Positions 35,936-45,127 of a stretch of 64,000 nucleotides of DNA are shown here, in pieces. The notes under the pieces are model-generated. The model worked only from the letters and a program-made list of their open reading frames with translations, searched no databases and had not been told where the DNA came from. The stretch is from Deltaproteobacteria bacterium (lineage in GTDB: Bacteria; Myxococcota_A; UBA9160; UBA6930). The stretch's first letter is position 1, and the number at the start of each line of letters is the position of its first letter. Location of the stretch: the NCBI GenBank assembly GCA_029261775.1, contig JAJDAR010000082.1, positions 20,215-84,214 of the forward strand. Reading direction: 5' to 3'. The position numbers and the translations under genes are program-made.

Positions 35936-38059
35936 TTGAGCGTCGACGCATCCGCGGGGGCCGGCAGCCGGTCCGATGCCATCGCCACTGCATTCTGGGC
36001 GATGATCGGCGCGCTCGCCTGCTGGTCGCTGCGAGGCTTCGAGCCGAACCTCCTCGAAGAGGGGATCGTCGTCCACATCGCCCAGCGCCTGGCCGAGGGC
36101 GAGCACCTCTACCAGGACGTCCTCATCTTTACCGGGCCGCTCCCCTACGAGCTGCTGGCCCTGCTCTTCCGTGTCTTCGGCGAGGAGATCGCGGTCGCCC
36201 GCGCGGCCATCGCCGTCACCCACGGCCTGGCCACCGGCGCGACCTTCTGGATCGCGCGACGCGCCGCCGCCGGATCCCTGTCCCATGCCGCGGCGGCCAT
36301 GACCGCGGCGGCGCCCCTCGTGCTCTTTCCGCTCTTCTCGATCTTCTTCTATACCACGCTGGCCTTCCACCTCTCGCTCGCTGCAGTCGCGGCGGCCGTG
36401 GCAGGCATCTCGTCGCGTCGAGCCGCCTTCGCGGCAGGCGCGCTCGTGGCCGCGGTCGCCCTCTGCAAGCAGACGGTGGGGGCCTCGCTCGCGGTGACCC
36501 TGGGGATTGCACTCGTCTTCTCGGTCGAAGGCCGCGAGCGTCTCCGCTGCGTGATCGCGTATTCGGCGGGTGGTCTGTGCGTCGCCCTGCTGACCCTGGC
36601 GGGCTTCGCCGTGACGGGGGGGCTCGACGACCTCTTCTTCGCGCTGGTGACCCTGCCGACCTCCTTCGACGAGATCTACACGTCCCCGTACCCCAACCTC
36701 TGGCCTCCGGGTGAGCTGGCGCCGGAGATCCGCGCCAGCGAGACCTTCTACTTTCCGTACTTCCTCGTCCTGATCGAGGGTCTCTTCGTCGAGCGGAAGT
36801 GGTGGATGCTGCTCCTGACCCAGGTGCTCTTCGCCGTACCGCTCGCGGCCATCCTGGGCGCCGTGCTCCGACCCCTTCTGTCGCGCGTGCCTCGCGCCGT
36901 CTGGTTCCACCTCGCGCTTTTGGTGGCCTGGATGAGCAACCTCTTCCCGCGAACCGACTGGGGCCACCTCGTCCATGTGCTCCCGCTCGCCATGACCCAG
37001 CTCCTGCTGCTCGGATCGACCTCGGGCGCGCCATCCCGGGGACGACGTGCTCTCGTCGGAGGGGTCGCGACCCTCGCAATCGCCGTGGCGGCCGGTGGTG
37101 TCTGGTGGTCGAACGCCCTGATTCGCAGGGAGGCCGACCCGAACACCTTCGGCGAACGGGTGCCGCTGCGACCGGTGAGCCTCGGACTGCGCGGCGAGCC
37201 CGTCACCCGTGTCATCCGCTACCTCGAGGAACGGGTCGAGCCGGGGGAGGCCATCTTCGTCGCGCGTGCCGAGCCGCTCCTGTACTTCGCGACGGGCACG
37301 ACGAATCCGACCCCGTACCTGGGCGTGATCCCCGGCATGCAGGAGGAGCAGCAGGACGTGATCCTCGAGGCACTCGAGAGGGTGCGCTTCGTGGTGATGT
37401 CGGACGTCGACCAGCCCGCCATGACCTACTACCGGGACGTCCTGCCCCGGGTCCAGGCCCACCTCGAGCGCTTCTACCACATCCCCCGTTCCCTGCTCGG
37501 AGGCCAGGTTCACTGGTTGGTGGTGCTCGAAAAGGGCCGCGACCGCGGACCGACCGCCATCGATCTCGTGGAGCGCTCCTCTTCTGCTACCGCGTGGACC
37601 CGGAACGCGGAGGGCATCGAAGCGGAAGCAGATCGATTCACCGACGTCCTTCCCACGAAGTACAACCGGCGTCCCGTCGGTTTCTACCTCGACGAAGGTG
37701 GCGGCGGGCTCGACTATCGGCTGCGGATTCCGGAAGAGCCGTCCGTGTTCCAGGCCGATGTCGGACTGTGGGTCGTCAGCGGGGCGAAGGACATCTACGT
37801 CCATCCCGAGAGGGTCCGGATGAGGGTTTCCATCGACGCCGGGGACGGATTCAAGCCCCTCGTCTCCCTGCCGGCAATGGGACCCGGCTCCGACTTCCGG
37901 CGCTGGAACTCCATGCAAGCCGAGCTCTCCCGATTCGCGGGCCAGGACGTCACGTTGCGTCTGGAGCTCCAGCCGACCGACGAGCCGACGATCCCCAGGT
38001 CCATCGGCTACTACGCGAGCCCCCGCATCGCCCTCACGCCCGCACGCGGAAGGCCGTAG
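35936..38059 (+). CDS. large polytopic membrane protein, GT-C-like (paralog of 22146..24182)
   Basis: 707 aa. Shares the N-terminal acidic loop motif with 22146..24182. About 12 TM helices plus a ~250-aa C-terminal soluble domain. Confidence 0.6.
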   Translation: MSVDASAGAGSRSDAIATAFWAMIGALACWSLRGFEPNLLEEGIVVHIAQRLAEGEHLYQDVLIFTGPLPYELLALLFRVFGEEIAVARAAIAVTHGLATGATFWIARRAAAGSLSHAAAAMTAAAPLVLFPLFSIFFYTTLAFHLSLAAVAAAVAGISSRRAAFAAGALVAAVALCKQTVGASLAVTLGIALVFSVEGRERLRCVIAYSAGGLCVALLTLAGFAVTGGLDDLFFALVTLPTSFDEIYTSPYPNLWPPGELAPEIRASETFYFPYFLVLIEGLFVERKWWMLLLTQVLFAVPLAAILGAVLRPLLSRVPRAVWFHLALLVAWMSNLFPRTDWGHLVHVLPLAMTQLLLLGSTSGAPSRGRRALVGGVATLAIAVAAGGVWWSNALIRREADPNTFGERVPLRPVSLGLRGEPVTRVIRYLEERVEPGEAIFVARAEPLLYFATGTTNPTPYLGVIPGMQEEQQDVILEALERVRFVVMSDVDQPAMTYYRDVLPRVQAHLERFYHIPRSLLGGQVHWLVVLEKGRDRGPTAIDLVERSSSATAWTRNAEGIEAEADRFTDVLPTKYNRRPVGFYLDEGGGGLDYRLRIPEEPSVFQADVGLWVVSGAKDIYVHPERVRMRVSIDAGDGFKPLVSLPAMGPGSDFRRWNSMQAELSRFAGQDVTLRLELQPTDEPTIPRSIGYYASPRIALTPARGRP

Positions 38060-38063
38060 GAAG

Positions 38064-38999
38064 TCACGCCGCCTCCTCCTGGCGGTGGACGTCTTCGTAG
38101 GCGGCTCGCGTGTACTCCCCGGCAAAGAGCAGCCCGAGCCCCACGCGGGAGACGATGATGCCGGCGGAGAGGGTCAGGCTGACGGCGAGCACGACCTCTG
38201 GATCCGCCCAGTGGCTGAAGAGGTAGACCATCGCCGCCTGCGTGGTCCCTAGGCCCGAGAGAGCAATGGGCAATGCGGCGACCAGCGCCGTCGCGCCCAG
38301 GTTGACGACCAGGTCTGCCGTCGGGACGTGCGCGCCGAACGCAGCGAAGGTGACGCCGCCCAGCGTAAGGAACAGGCACAGGATGCCGAGACGCGCGAAG
38401 TGGAGACCCGCGAGGCTCGACAGCGGAATCTCTCGAAGCGTCCGGAATACGTCGCGCTCCGCGAGCGTACGCAGCGGCCCGGCGGGCGCAAAGCGGAGCA
38501 CGAGGAAGCCCGTGATGGCGAGTCCGAGGAAGCCCACGAACACGGCCCGATCGACCGGGGGCGGGCGCGTCGCAAAAAACGCTGCGCCGACCCCCGCAAA
38601 GACGAGCACGAGGCCGAGGTCGATCATGGCCATCAAACCGACGAGGCCCGTCGCTTCCATCACGCCGAGACCGACCCGCCGTCGGAGCAAGGCGATCGTT
38701 CCGAGCGAGCCGAAGGCATAGTGGAGCAGGCCCAGGGGATAGGTGGCGGCGCGCAGCCGCGCGGCCTGCCAGAGGCTGGGCCGGCGCTCTGCAGGGATGG
38801 CGACCCGCACGGCGATCCCGTCGCAGGCCACGCAACCGACGCCATACAGCACGAGGAAGGGGAGCCAGAGGGAGAGGTCGGCGCCCTTCATGTGGTGCCA
38901 GACCGTGGCCAGGTCCAACCTGCTGAACACGACCCCCAGCACGAGCAGGCTGACCACCGCCGGCAGCAGCCGGCTCAGGACGAGGCGGGTCCGGCTCAT
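38064..38999 (-). CDS. flippase-like / lysyl-PG synthase TM-region (UPF0104) family membrane protein
   Basis: 311 aa from MSRTRLVLSRLLPAVVSLLVLGVVFSRLDL. About 8 TM helices with the loop pattern typical of LPG_synthase_TM-type proteins. The upstream part of ORF 38064..40097 is noise. Confidence 0.5.
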   Translation of the reverse strand: MSRTRLVLSRLLPAVVSLLVLGVVFSRLDLATVWHHMKGADLSLWLPFLVLYGVGCVACDGIAVRVAIPAERRPSLWQAARLRAATYPLGLLHYAFGSLGTIALLRRRVGLGVMEATGLVGLMAMIDLGLVLVFAGVGAAFFATRPPPVDRAVFVGFLGLAITGFLVLRFAPAGPLRTLAERDVFRTLREIPLSSLAGLHFARLGILCLFLTLGGVTFAAFGAHVPTADLVVNLGATALVAALPIALSGLGTTQAAMVYLFSHWADPEVVLAVSLTLSAGIIVSRVGLGLLFAGEYTRAAYEDVHRQEEAA

Positions 39000-39311
39000 C
39001 CAGCCTGCCGCCGGCCATGCCGACCCGCACCCGGCAGGGCCGGGGGACTCGGGTTCATGGGGTGGAGCACAGGCGGCGACCCTCCTCACCAGCGCGGGCG
39101 TCGCCTGGCGCGATTCACATGCGCGATCGAGGCCGAGCTTCCGGGACCTCCTCGAGCCGATCGGCAGGGCCGGAGGGTGCGGCACCCTGGGAACCTCTTC
39201 AACCTGCGGCCCGTCGCACTTCCCTCGGGGAGGCATACCCGCACGGGGATCCTTCGTGGTAGAAACCCTGGATGCCGAGGGAGCACCGCCATTCCTGAGT
39301 CTCGTCGTTCC

Positions 39312-40124
39312 ATGGCGGAGTGGGCCGTGCTGATCGTCGCGGCCGTCCTCGGCGGTGCGGTGGCCGGTTGGATGGTCTCCGACCGCCCCGGCGCCAACCC
39401 GTCGGCTGACCCGTCGCCCTCGGCCCCCCGCGACCTCCGGGCCTCCATCGACCAGGCGCTTGCACCGGACCGGGCGGAGCGAGCGGCGCTGGCCGCCGAG
39501 GTCGAGCGGCTGGGGCAGGCCGTCGAGGGGTTGTTCGGCACCCTCCCCCTCGAGGATCCGGAGCCGATTCCCGACGAGGAGCTCCCCGAGCTCGGCGGCG
39601 GCCCGGGCGGGACCGCCGGTGCGGGGCAGTTCGACGCCGACCGTCTCGCGGCCGCGCGACTCGATCCCCGGGACATCGAGGACCTGCGAACCCGCTGGGC
39701 CGCGGCCGAGCTGGCCAAGCTCGAGATCCAGGACCAGGCGATCCGCGAGGGCTGGTTCTTCACGCCGAGGCATCGACGCGAATTGAACGAGCTCGAGAAC
39801 GAGCTGCGAACCGAGCTCGGCGAATCCCTCTTCGATGCCTACCTGTTCGCGACCGGGACCCGGAATCGCGTGCTCGTGCAGCAGGTGATCCCGGGGTCGT
39901 CGGCCGCGCGAGCGGGCCTGCAGGCCGGCGATGCCATCCTCCTCTACGACGGCGAGCGGATCTTCAAGCCCGGCGAACTGCGGATCGCCACCGGCCGAGG
40001 CTCGCGAGGGGAGAGCGTCGAGCTCCAGGTGCGGCGTGGCGGACGGACCGAGGTCCTCTCGGTCGAGCGCGGACCCCTCGGCATCCTGCTCGATCATCGC
40101 CTCGAAGAGCCGGCGGACAAATGA
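39312..40124 (+). CDS. membrane-anchored PDZ-domain protein
   Basis: 270 aa from MAEWAVLIVAAVLGGAVAGWMV (TM anchor), a coiled-coil/acidic middle region, and a C-terminal PDZ domain (VIPGSSAARAGLQAGDAILLYDGERI). Confidence 0.7.
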   Translation: MAEWAVLIVAAVLGGAVAGWMVSDRPGANPSADPSPSAPRDLRASIDQALAPDRAERAALAAEVERLGQAVEGLFGTLPLEDPEPIPDEELPELGGGPGGTAGAGQFDADRLAAARLDPRDIEDLRTRWAAAELAKLEIQDQAIREGWFFTPRHRRELNELENELRTELGESLFDAYLFATGTRNRVLVQQVIPGSSAARAGLQAGDAILLYDGERIFKPGELRIATGRGSRGESVELQVRRGGRTEVLSVERGPLGILLDHRLEEPADK

Positions 40125-40177
40125 CAGCCGCGGGCCCCGAGAGCCCGATCCATCGAGACCTGCCGTAAGGAGAAACC

Positions 40178-41503
40178 ATGTCGGCCCGGAGCTCCGGGGA
40201 AAACGATCGGCGGGGCCTCGGGCTCCTGCTCCTGGCCATCGCCTTCGTCGCAGGAAGCACCCATGTCACCAGCCTGCAGACGACCGGAATCGACTTCTTC
40301 CAGTATTGGCTCGTGGCGGACGAGACCCGCCGCTCCACCGAGGACCTGTACTCGCCGGAGACGCGCACCCGTTGGGCGCGCGAGGCCCAGTCCGCCGCCT
40401 TCGGATCCCCGGACGCCCGGCTCGTAGGGGCCACGCGCGCCCGAGCGGGTGGGATCGAGATCTTCTCGACACCCTTCCTCTATACGGTCTTTCGCCCGCT
40501 CTCCACGGGCGACTACGAACGCGACCTGCGGCGCTACCAGATCCTGAGTCTCCTGGCGGGGATCGCCGCGATGCTCCTGCTGGCGCGCGCGCTCGGTCTG
40601 GGAGTTCGTGAGACGACCGTGTTCCTGCTGCTCGTGCCGATCTTCGAGCCGTATGGCAGCGAGGTCGCCGTCGCCAACGTCAATCGCCTCCAGCTCCTGG
40701 CGCTCGCCGGCTTCCTGGCCTTGAGCGGCTCGGACCGCCCGCTTCGAACGATCGCGGCGGGGAGCGTGCTCGGATTCATCGGCCTCATGAAGCCCAACGT
40801 CGCCTTCGCCGTGGGCTTGCTCTTCGCGAGCCGGCTCCTGGATCGGCAGTTCCGAACGCTGGCGCTCGAAGCCGCGGGGGCCGCCGGGGCATGTGCGGTC
40901 GGAATCGTCGTCTCGGCCGTCGCCATGGGGAGCGTCACCCTTTGGCTCGAATGGCCGGGCGCCGTCGCAGAGCTGTTCACCAGCTTCGATGCCATCCCGG
41001 TCGAGGCCAGCAACTTCGCGGCGGTGCAGCTCGTACGTGAGGCACTCGGCGTCGACCCGGGTCCCTGGATCTGGCTGCTGCTCCTCGCCGTGCTGGGCGG
41101 AACCGTGTACGCGGCGAGAAGGCCACCGGGCGCGGGCGATGCCGGACGGGCACGAGACGCCGTGATCCTCGGGATCGGCTGCGCCGCAATGCTGGTGGCC
41201 TCGAGACTCGCCTGGAAGCACTACTTCCTCATGGACCTGCTGCTCTTCATGGCGGTACTCGCAGGACCGGGCGTCGGTCCCACGGCCCGCGTGCGGCGTG
41301 GGGTCGCGATCCTCGGCCTCCTGCTCGTGTCCCTGGTTCCGGTTCGCTCCGCCGAGATCACCTCGATGAACGTCGCAGCCTGGACCGTGGTGAGCGGGAA
41401 CCTGCTTCTCCTGCTCAGCGGAGTGTGGGCGCTGCTCTCGCCGATGGATTCGCCGAAGGAACCGGATCCCTCCATCGGAGCCCGCGCGACGGAGGGTCCC
41501 TAG
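40178..41503 (+). CDS. polytopic membrane protein, DUF2029/GT87-like GT-C
   Basis: 441 aa. The GIDFFQYWLVAD motif after TM1 resembles the D-F-x-x-Y loop of GT87 mannosyltransferases. About 10 TM helices. ATG preceded by AAGGAG. Confidence 0.5.
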   Translation: MSARSSGENDRRGLGLLLLAIAFVAGSTHVTSLQTTGIDFFQYWLVADETRRSTEDLYSPETRTRWAREAQSAAFGSPDARLVGATRARAGGIEIFSTPFLYTVFRPLSTGDYERDLRRYQILSLLAGIAAMLLLARALGLGVRETTVFLLLVPIFEPYGSEVAVANVNRLQLLALAGFLALSGSDRPLRTIAAGSVLGFIGLMKPNVAFAVGLLFASRLLDRQFRTLALEAAGAAGACAVGIVVSAVAMGSVTLWLEWPGAVAELFTSFDAIPVEASNFAAVQLVREALGVDPGPWIWLLLLAVLGGTVYAARRPPGAGDAGRARDAVILGIGCAAMLVASRLAWKHYFLMDLLLFMAVLAGPGVGPTARVRRGVAILGLLLVSLVPVRSAEITSMNVAAWTVVSGNLLLLLSGVWALLSPMDSPKEPDPSIGARATEGP

Positions 41504-41522
41504 AACCTTCAGCGGCCGGAAA

Positions 41523-42299
41523 TCAAGCGCATCCAGGGCGACGAGGGCGCCTGCAGACGGCAAGCAGGTCGACGCACCGCTCATCGGCGGGTCCGATGGG
41601 ATAGTGCTCCTCGCCGAGCTGGGGGGCGAGGTCCGAGGCGCCGATCAGCCGTCGCACGACGACCGACAGCTGGGCGAAGGCCCACTCGACGAAGGCCGTC
41701 GGCAGGCGCCGCCGCAGACCCAGCACGTCGAGCCGCACGATGCGCCGGATCTGCCGGAGGCGGTTCTCGTGGTAGGTCCAGGCCTCGCCCTCGGCATGGA
41801 CGCCCCGCATCTCCACCTCCTCGAAGAATTCGAGCAGCAGGTGGTGGAGCTCGTCGGCCTCGTACTCGTGAACGTGATACGGGTTCTCCCGGTCGCTCTG
41901 CGTGAGGTTGGGCGTCGTCACGACCGCCACCCCTTCCGCGACGAGCGAATCGGCCATGCTCGCGAGATAGGGGCGCGGATCGACCAGGTGCTCGATGACC
42001 TGGAAGCTCACCACCCGGTCGAAGCTCCGGCTTCGGAGCGGCAGCTGGTTGAGATCGGCCCGCAGGAACTCGGCCCCGGGGCGAAGAGAACCTTCTTCGG
42101 GCCGAACCCGATCGACGGCCACCACACGCGCCGCCGAATCGACGAGACTGCGGGTCCCGTAGCCCGTGCCGGAGCCGAGCTCGAGCACGCGAGCGTCGGT
42201 GAGCAGCGGCTCGGCGAAGCGGTAGGCGGCGCGGTGCCGCAAGAGATCGACGCCGTAGAGCCCGTCCTCCGCGTCGAGCCTTTCCCCGGTTCGGCTCAT
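41523..42299 (-). CDS. class I SAM-dependent methyltransferase
   Basis: 258 aa. VLELGSGTGYGT (motif I), AVDRV and FDRVVSFQVIEHLVDP. Confidence 0.8.
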   Translation of the reverse strand: MSRTGERLDAEDGLYGVDLLRHRAAYRFAEPLLTDARVLELGSGTGYGTRSLVDSAARVVAVDRVRPEEGSLRPGAEFLRADLNQLPLRSRSFDRVVSFQVIEHLVDPRPYLASMADSLVAEGVAVVTTPNLTQSDRENPYHVHEYEADELHHLLLEFFEEVEMRGVHAEGEAWTYHENRLRQIRRIVRLDVLGLRRRLPTAFVEWAFAQLSVVVRRLIGASDLAPQLGEEHYPIGPADERCVDLLAVCRRPRRPGCA

Positions 42300-42321
42300 G
42301 CCATCTCCATGTCGAGCGTCT

Positions 42322-43728
42322 TCATGGCGCCTGTGCTTCGTTCCACTGCAGTCCGGGGAACTCGTTCTTCTCGAACCAGACGTCGTACGCGAAGACGAAG
42401 TGGACGAGGAGGAAGAGCACGCAGAGAAGCGTACCGAGCAGCGCCCGCACCGCCTTTCCCTTCGCGAACCAGCGATCCAATGTGTCGCTGGTCCACCAGG
42501 CGTAGGGGAGCAGGAGACTGAGGAGGAAGCTGCCCTTCACGGTCACGAACCACGGGTTTCTCCAGGTGAAGGCCACGTAGCCTGCGAGCACGACGCCTGC
42601 GTAGCCGACCAGGAGAGCCGTGGACGGCGAGCCTCCTCCGAATGCTGCTTCCCGCAGCCTGCGGACGAAACCGACCAGGAAGGCGGCGGTTGGAATCGAG
42701 CCCAGCAGCAGGAGCAGGCTGGCCACAGCGGCCACGCCCGTCGTCGGAAGGAAGTGCGCGTGGGCGTCGAACCAGATCGAGGCATAGGTCGTGCCCCAGA
42801 CCGAGTGGAGGAGGTCGGGCGCGAGCGGGTTCGGGTTCCAGAAGACCGAGAACGGCACGTAGAGGTAGTCGAAGAGGCTGCGTGAGCCGGGCGGCATCTC
42901 GAACATGACCTGGTGCGCCGGGAGACCGTGGGGATAGAGATAGCCGTACAGCCACCAGCTGCGCAGCGTGAACCAGCCACCGGCCAGCCCGGCCGTCCCC
43001 GCGAAGACGACGAGGGAGCGCCATGCACCGCCCCGCACGGCCTTCCAGAGGAAGGCGAGCCCGCCGACCGCGATGACCAGAACGCCGGTCAGCTTCGTGA
43101 GCCAGGCCAGTCCGGCAAGGAGGCCGAGGAGAGCGACTCGACCGAGGGCCTCGTCGGAGCGGTCGACCGCGCGGCCGATGCCCAGCAGCACCAGGGTGAT
43201 CAGGGAGGCGGTCAGCAGCTCCTCGCTGAACATGGTCGTCATCATGATCTGAACCGGAAGCGCCAAGGCGAGCCCGACGGCGATCAGCGCGCGGCGCGGG
43301 CGCGCAGGATCGCGGCGCCGGATCTCGAGGCCCAGCAGGACGACCACGAGTAGCGACAGAGCCACGTTCGCCAGACGGGTCCCGATCACGATCGTCGGCT
43401 TGTCGTCCACCCCCGCCAGTGCGGCCATTCCGGCGACCGCGGCGTAGAAGAAGGGTGGATGCCCGGTCGACCAGGAGGTCTCGGGGTGGGGGAGGCGCCC
43501 CGTCTCGCGCAGGATCTCGACGTACTCCCAGTTCTGGGGCGCGTCGAAGCCCATGTCGATGTCGTAGGCAAAGGCGTTGTGGACCCGCACGACGACCGCG
43601 AGGGCGAACAGCAGCCCGGCCCCGACCAGCCAGGTTCGCGGCAGGGCGATCGCCGAAGCTCCCATGTGCGACGCGGAACCGATCCGTCGCGCTAGATGCG
43701 GCGGAGGAGGCTCGAGATACGAAGCCAC
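42322..43728 (-). CDS. polytopic membrane glycosyltransferase, ArnT/PMT-like GT-C
   Basis: 468 aa and hydrophobic throughout. After TM1: RVHNAFAYDIDMGFDAPQNWEYV...HPPFFYA. The ATG at 43665 (MGASAIAL) is an alternative start that avoids overlap with the upstream gene. Confidence 0.65.
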   Translation of the reverse strand: MASYLEPPPPHLARRIGSASHMGASAIALPRTWLVGAGLLFALAVVVRVHNAFAYDIDMGFDAPQNWEYVEILRETGRLPHPETSWSTGHPPFFYAAVAGMAALAGVDDKPTIVIGTRLANVALSLLVVVLLGLEIRRRDPARPRRALIAVGLALALPVQIMMTTMFSEELLTASLITLVLLGIGRAVDRSDEALGRVALLGLLAGLAWLTKLTGVLVIAVGGLAFLWKAVRGGAWRSLVVFAGTAGLAGGWFTLRSWWLYGYLYPHGLPAHQVMFEMPPGSRSLFDYLYVPFSVFWNPNPLAPDLLHSVWGTTYASIWFDAHAHFLPTTGVAAVASLLLLLGSIPTAAFLVGFVRRLREAAFGGGSPSTALLVGYAGVVLAGYVAFTWRNPWFVTVKGSFLLSLLLPYAWWTSDTLDRWFAKGKAVRALLGTLLCVLFLLVHFVFAYDVWFEKNEFPGLQWNEAQAP

Positions 43729-44408
43729 CAGACGATCCAGAGTGCCTCGAGCCCGATCCGGAGGCTCAGCTTCGACTCGCCGGCGACACGATCGAGGAAG
43801 AAGATCGGGATCTCCCGGATGCGCGCGCCGTTCTTCCAGAGGCGATAGTTGAGCTCGATCTGGAAGGCATAACCGTCGGCGCGGATGCGCTCGAAGCCGA
43901 TCTTGTGCAGCATTTCGCTGCGCATCGCGCGAAAGCCGCCGGTCGTGTCACTGATCTCGAGCCCGCTGATCGCGCGGGCGTACACGTTGGCGAAGTAGGA
44001 GAGCAGGATGCGCTCGATCGGCCAGTTCACGACCGTGATGCCCTGCAGGTAGCGAGAGCCCAGGACGACGTCGCAGTCCTCGATCTCGGAGAGGAACTGC
44101 GGGAGCGTCTCGGGCGAGTGCGAGAAGTCCGCATCCATCTGGATCACGACATCCGCGCCGGCGTCCAGCGCGATGCGGAAGCCCTCCCGATAGGCGCTTC
44201 CGAGACCCGACTTCTGGCTGCGGTGCAGGACGTTCACGCGCCCCGGGTGCGCAAGGGCGAGCTCCTCCGCGAGCTTGCCCGTACCGTCCGGCGATCCGTC
44301 GTCGACCACGAGCACGTCGATGCGCGGGTCCTGGGCGAGCACCTCCGGAACGATCCGCGGAAGATTCTCGGCTTCGTTGTAGGTGGGGATGACGACCGTG
44401 ACGCGCAT
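43692..44408 (-). CDS. polyprenol-phosphate mannose synthase, Dpm1/Ppm1-like GT2
   Basis: 238 aa. MRVTVVIPTYNEAENL, VLVVDDGSPDGT, MDADFSHSP, GSRY, DTTGGFRAM and GYAFQIEL form the full Ppm1-type signature set. Confidence 0.9.
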   Translation of the reverse strand: MRVTVVIPTYNEAENLPRIVPEVLAQDPRIDVLVVDDGSPDGTGKLAEELALAHPGRVNVLHRSQKSGLGSAYREGFRIALDAGADVVIQMDADFSHSPETLPQFLSEIEDCDVVLGSRYLQGITVVNWPIERILLSYFANVYARAISGLEISDTTGGFRAMRSEMLHKIGFERIRADGYAFQIELNYRLWKNGARIREIPIFFLDRVAGESKLSLRIGLEALWIVWWLRISSLLRRI

Positions 44409-44431
44409 CGGGAGACCTCGCGAGAATCGCC

Positions 44432-44461
44432 ATCATACTGCAGCGTAAGTGTCCGTTTCAA
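44432..44461 (-). promoter_or_regulatory. candidate sigma70-type promoter
   Basis: On the minus strand, TTGAAA-N18-TATGAT sits about 23 nt upstream of the ATG at 44408, with a GAGG Shine-Dalgarno between. It is a conspicuous AT-rich near-consensus match in very GC-rich DNA. Confidence 0.4.
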
Positions 44462-44518
44462 CAAGGGATTTCGAGAGTTTCCAAGGCGGGTTGGAAGCCG
44501 AGCTGCCGGTCCGGCCGA

Positions 44519-45127
44519 CTAGAAGGACTGGTTCTCCGGCCTCGAAGCGGCTTTGACGGCGGGAATCAGCGACGCCTGGGGATGCGCGGAGAAGGCGATC
44601 AGCACGTCTCGCAACTGCACGCCCCGCTGCTCGATCTCGTCGATCCGCCAGCCGGCGGCGCCCTCCTGCTTCAGGCGAAAGACCTGCACGAAGCCGAAGC
44701 TCCCTTCCACGCGGACCTTCACCTGCACCTCGACCCGGCCGTCGTCGAGCGCGACGGGGGCGCGGAACTCCGGTTCGAGGAACATCACCGCCTTGCGCAG
44801 CCGTCCCTCGACCTGCACCTGGAGCCACGCGAACTCCCATGCATCGCGCCCTCGGGTCGCATCGACTGGCGCCAGGGCCTCGATCGGCGCCTCGCGCTCG
44901 ACGGGATCCATGAAGAGATAGTCGCCCCAGAGCCAACCCTCGACGGCGGCCATCGAGATGCCGTGACGGTCGTGGAACTCGGGCGTCAGGAGGGGGAGAT
45001 TGCGCGAGGGGTCGCGCTTCAGATTGCGGAAGTAGGCCTCGACCGTCTCCGTCGGAGTCGCGGGCAGGCGCGCGCAGCCCGCGGAGATGACGAGGATCAA
45101 GACGACCAGTACGGACGCGCGCCTCAT
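44519..45127 (-). CDS. exported hypothetical protein (probable lipoprotein)
   Basis: 202 aa from MRRASVLVVLILVISAGC (signal peptide ending in Cys). Real C-terminal part of ORF 44519..46612. The ATG overlaps the upstream stop as ATGA. Confidence 0.6.
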   Translation of the reverse strand: MRRASVLVVLILVISAGCARLPATPTETVEAYFRNLKRDPSRNLPLLTPEFHDRHGISMAAVEGWLWGDYLFMDPVEREAPIEALAPVDATRGRDAWEFAWLQVQVEGRLRKAVMFLEPEFRAPVALDDGRVEVQVKVRVEGSFGFVQVFRLKQEGAAGWRIDEIEQRGVQLRDVLIAFSAHPQASLIPAVKAASRPENQSF

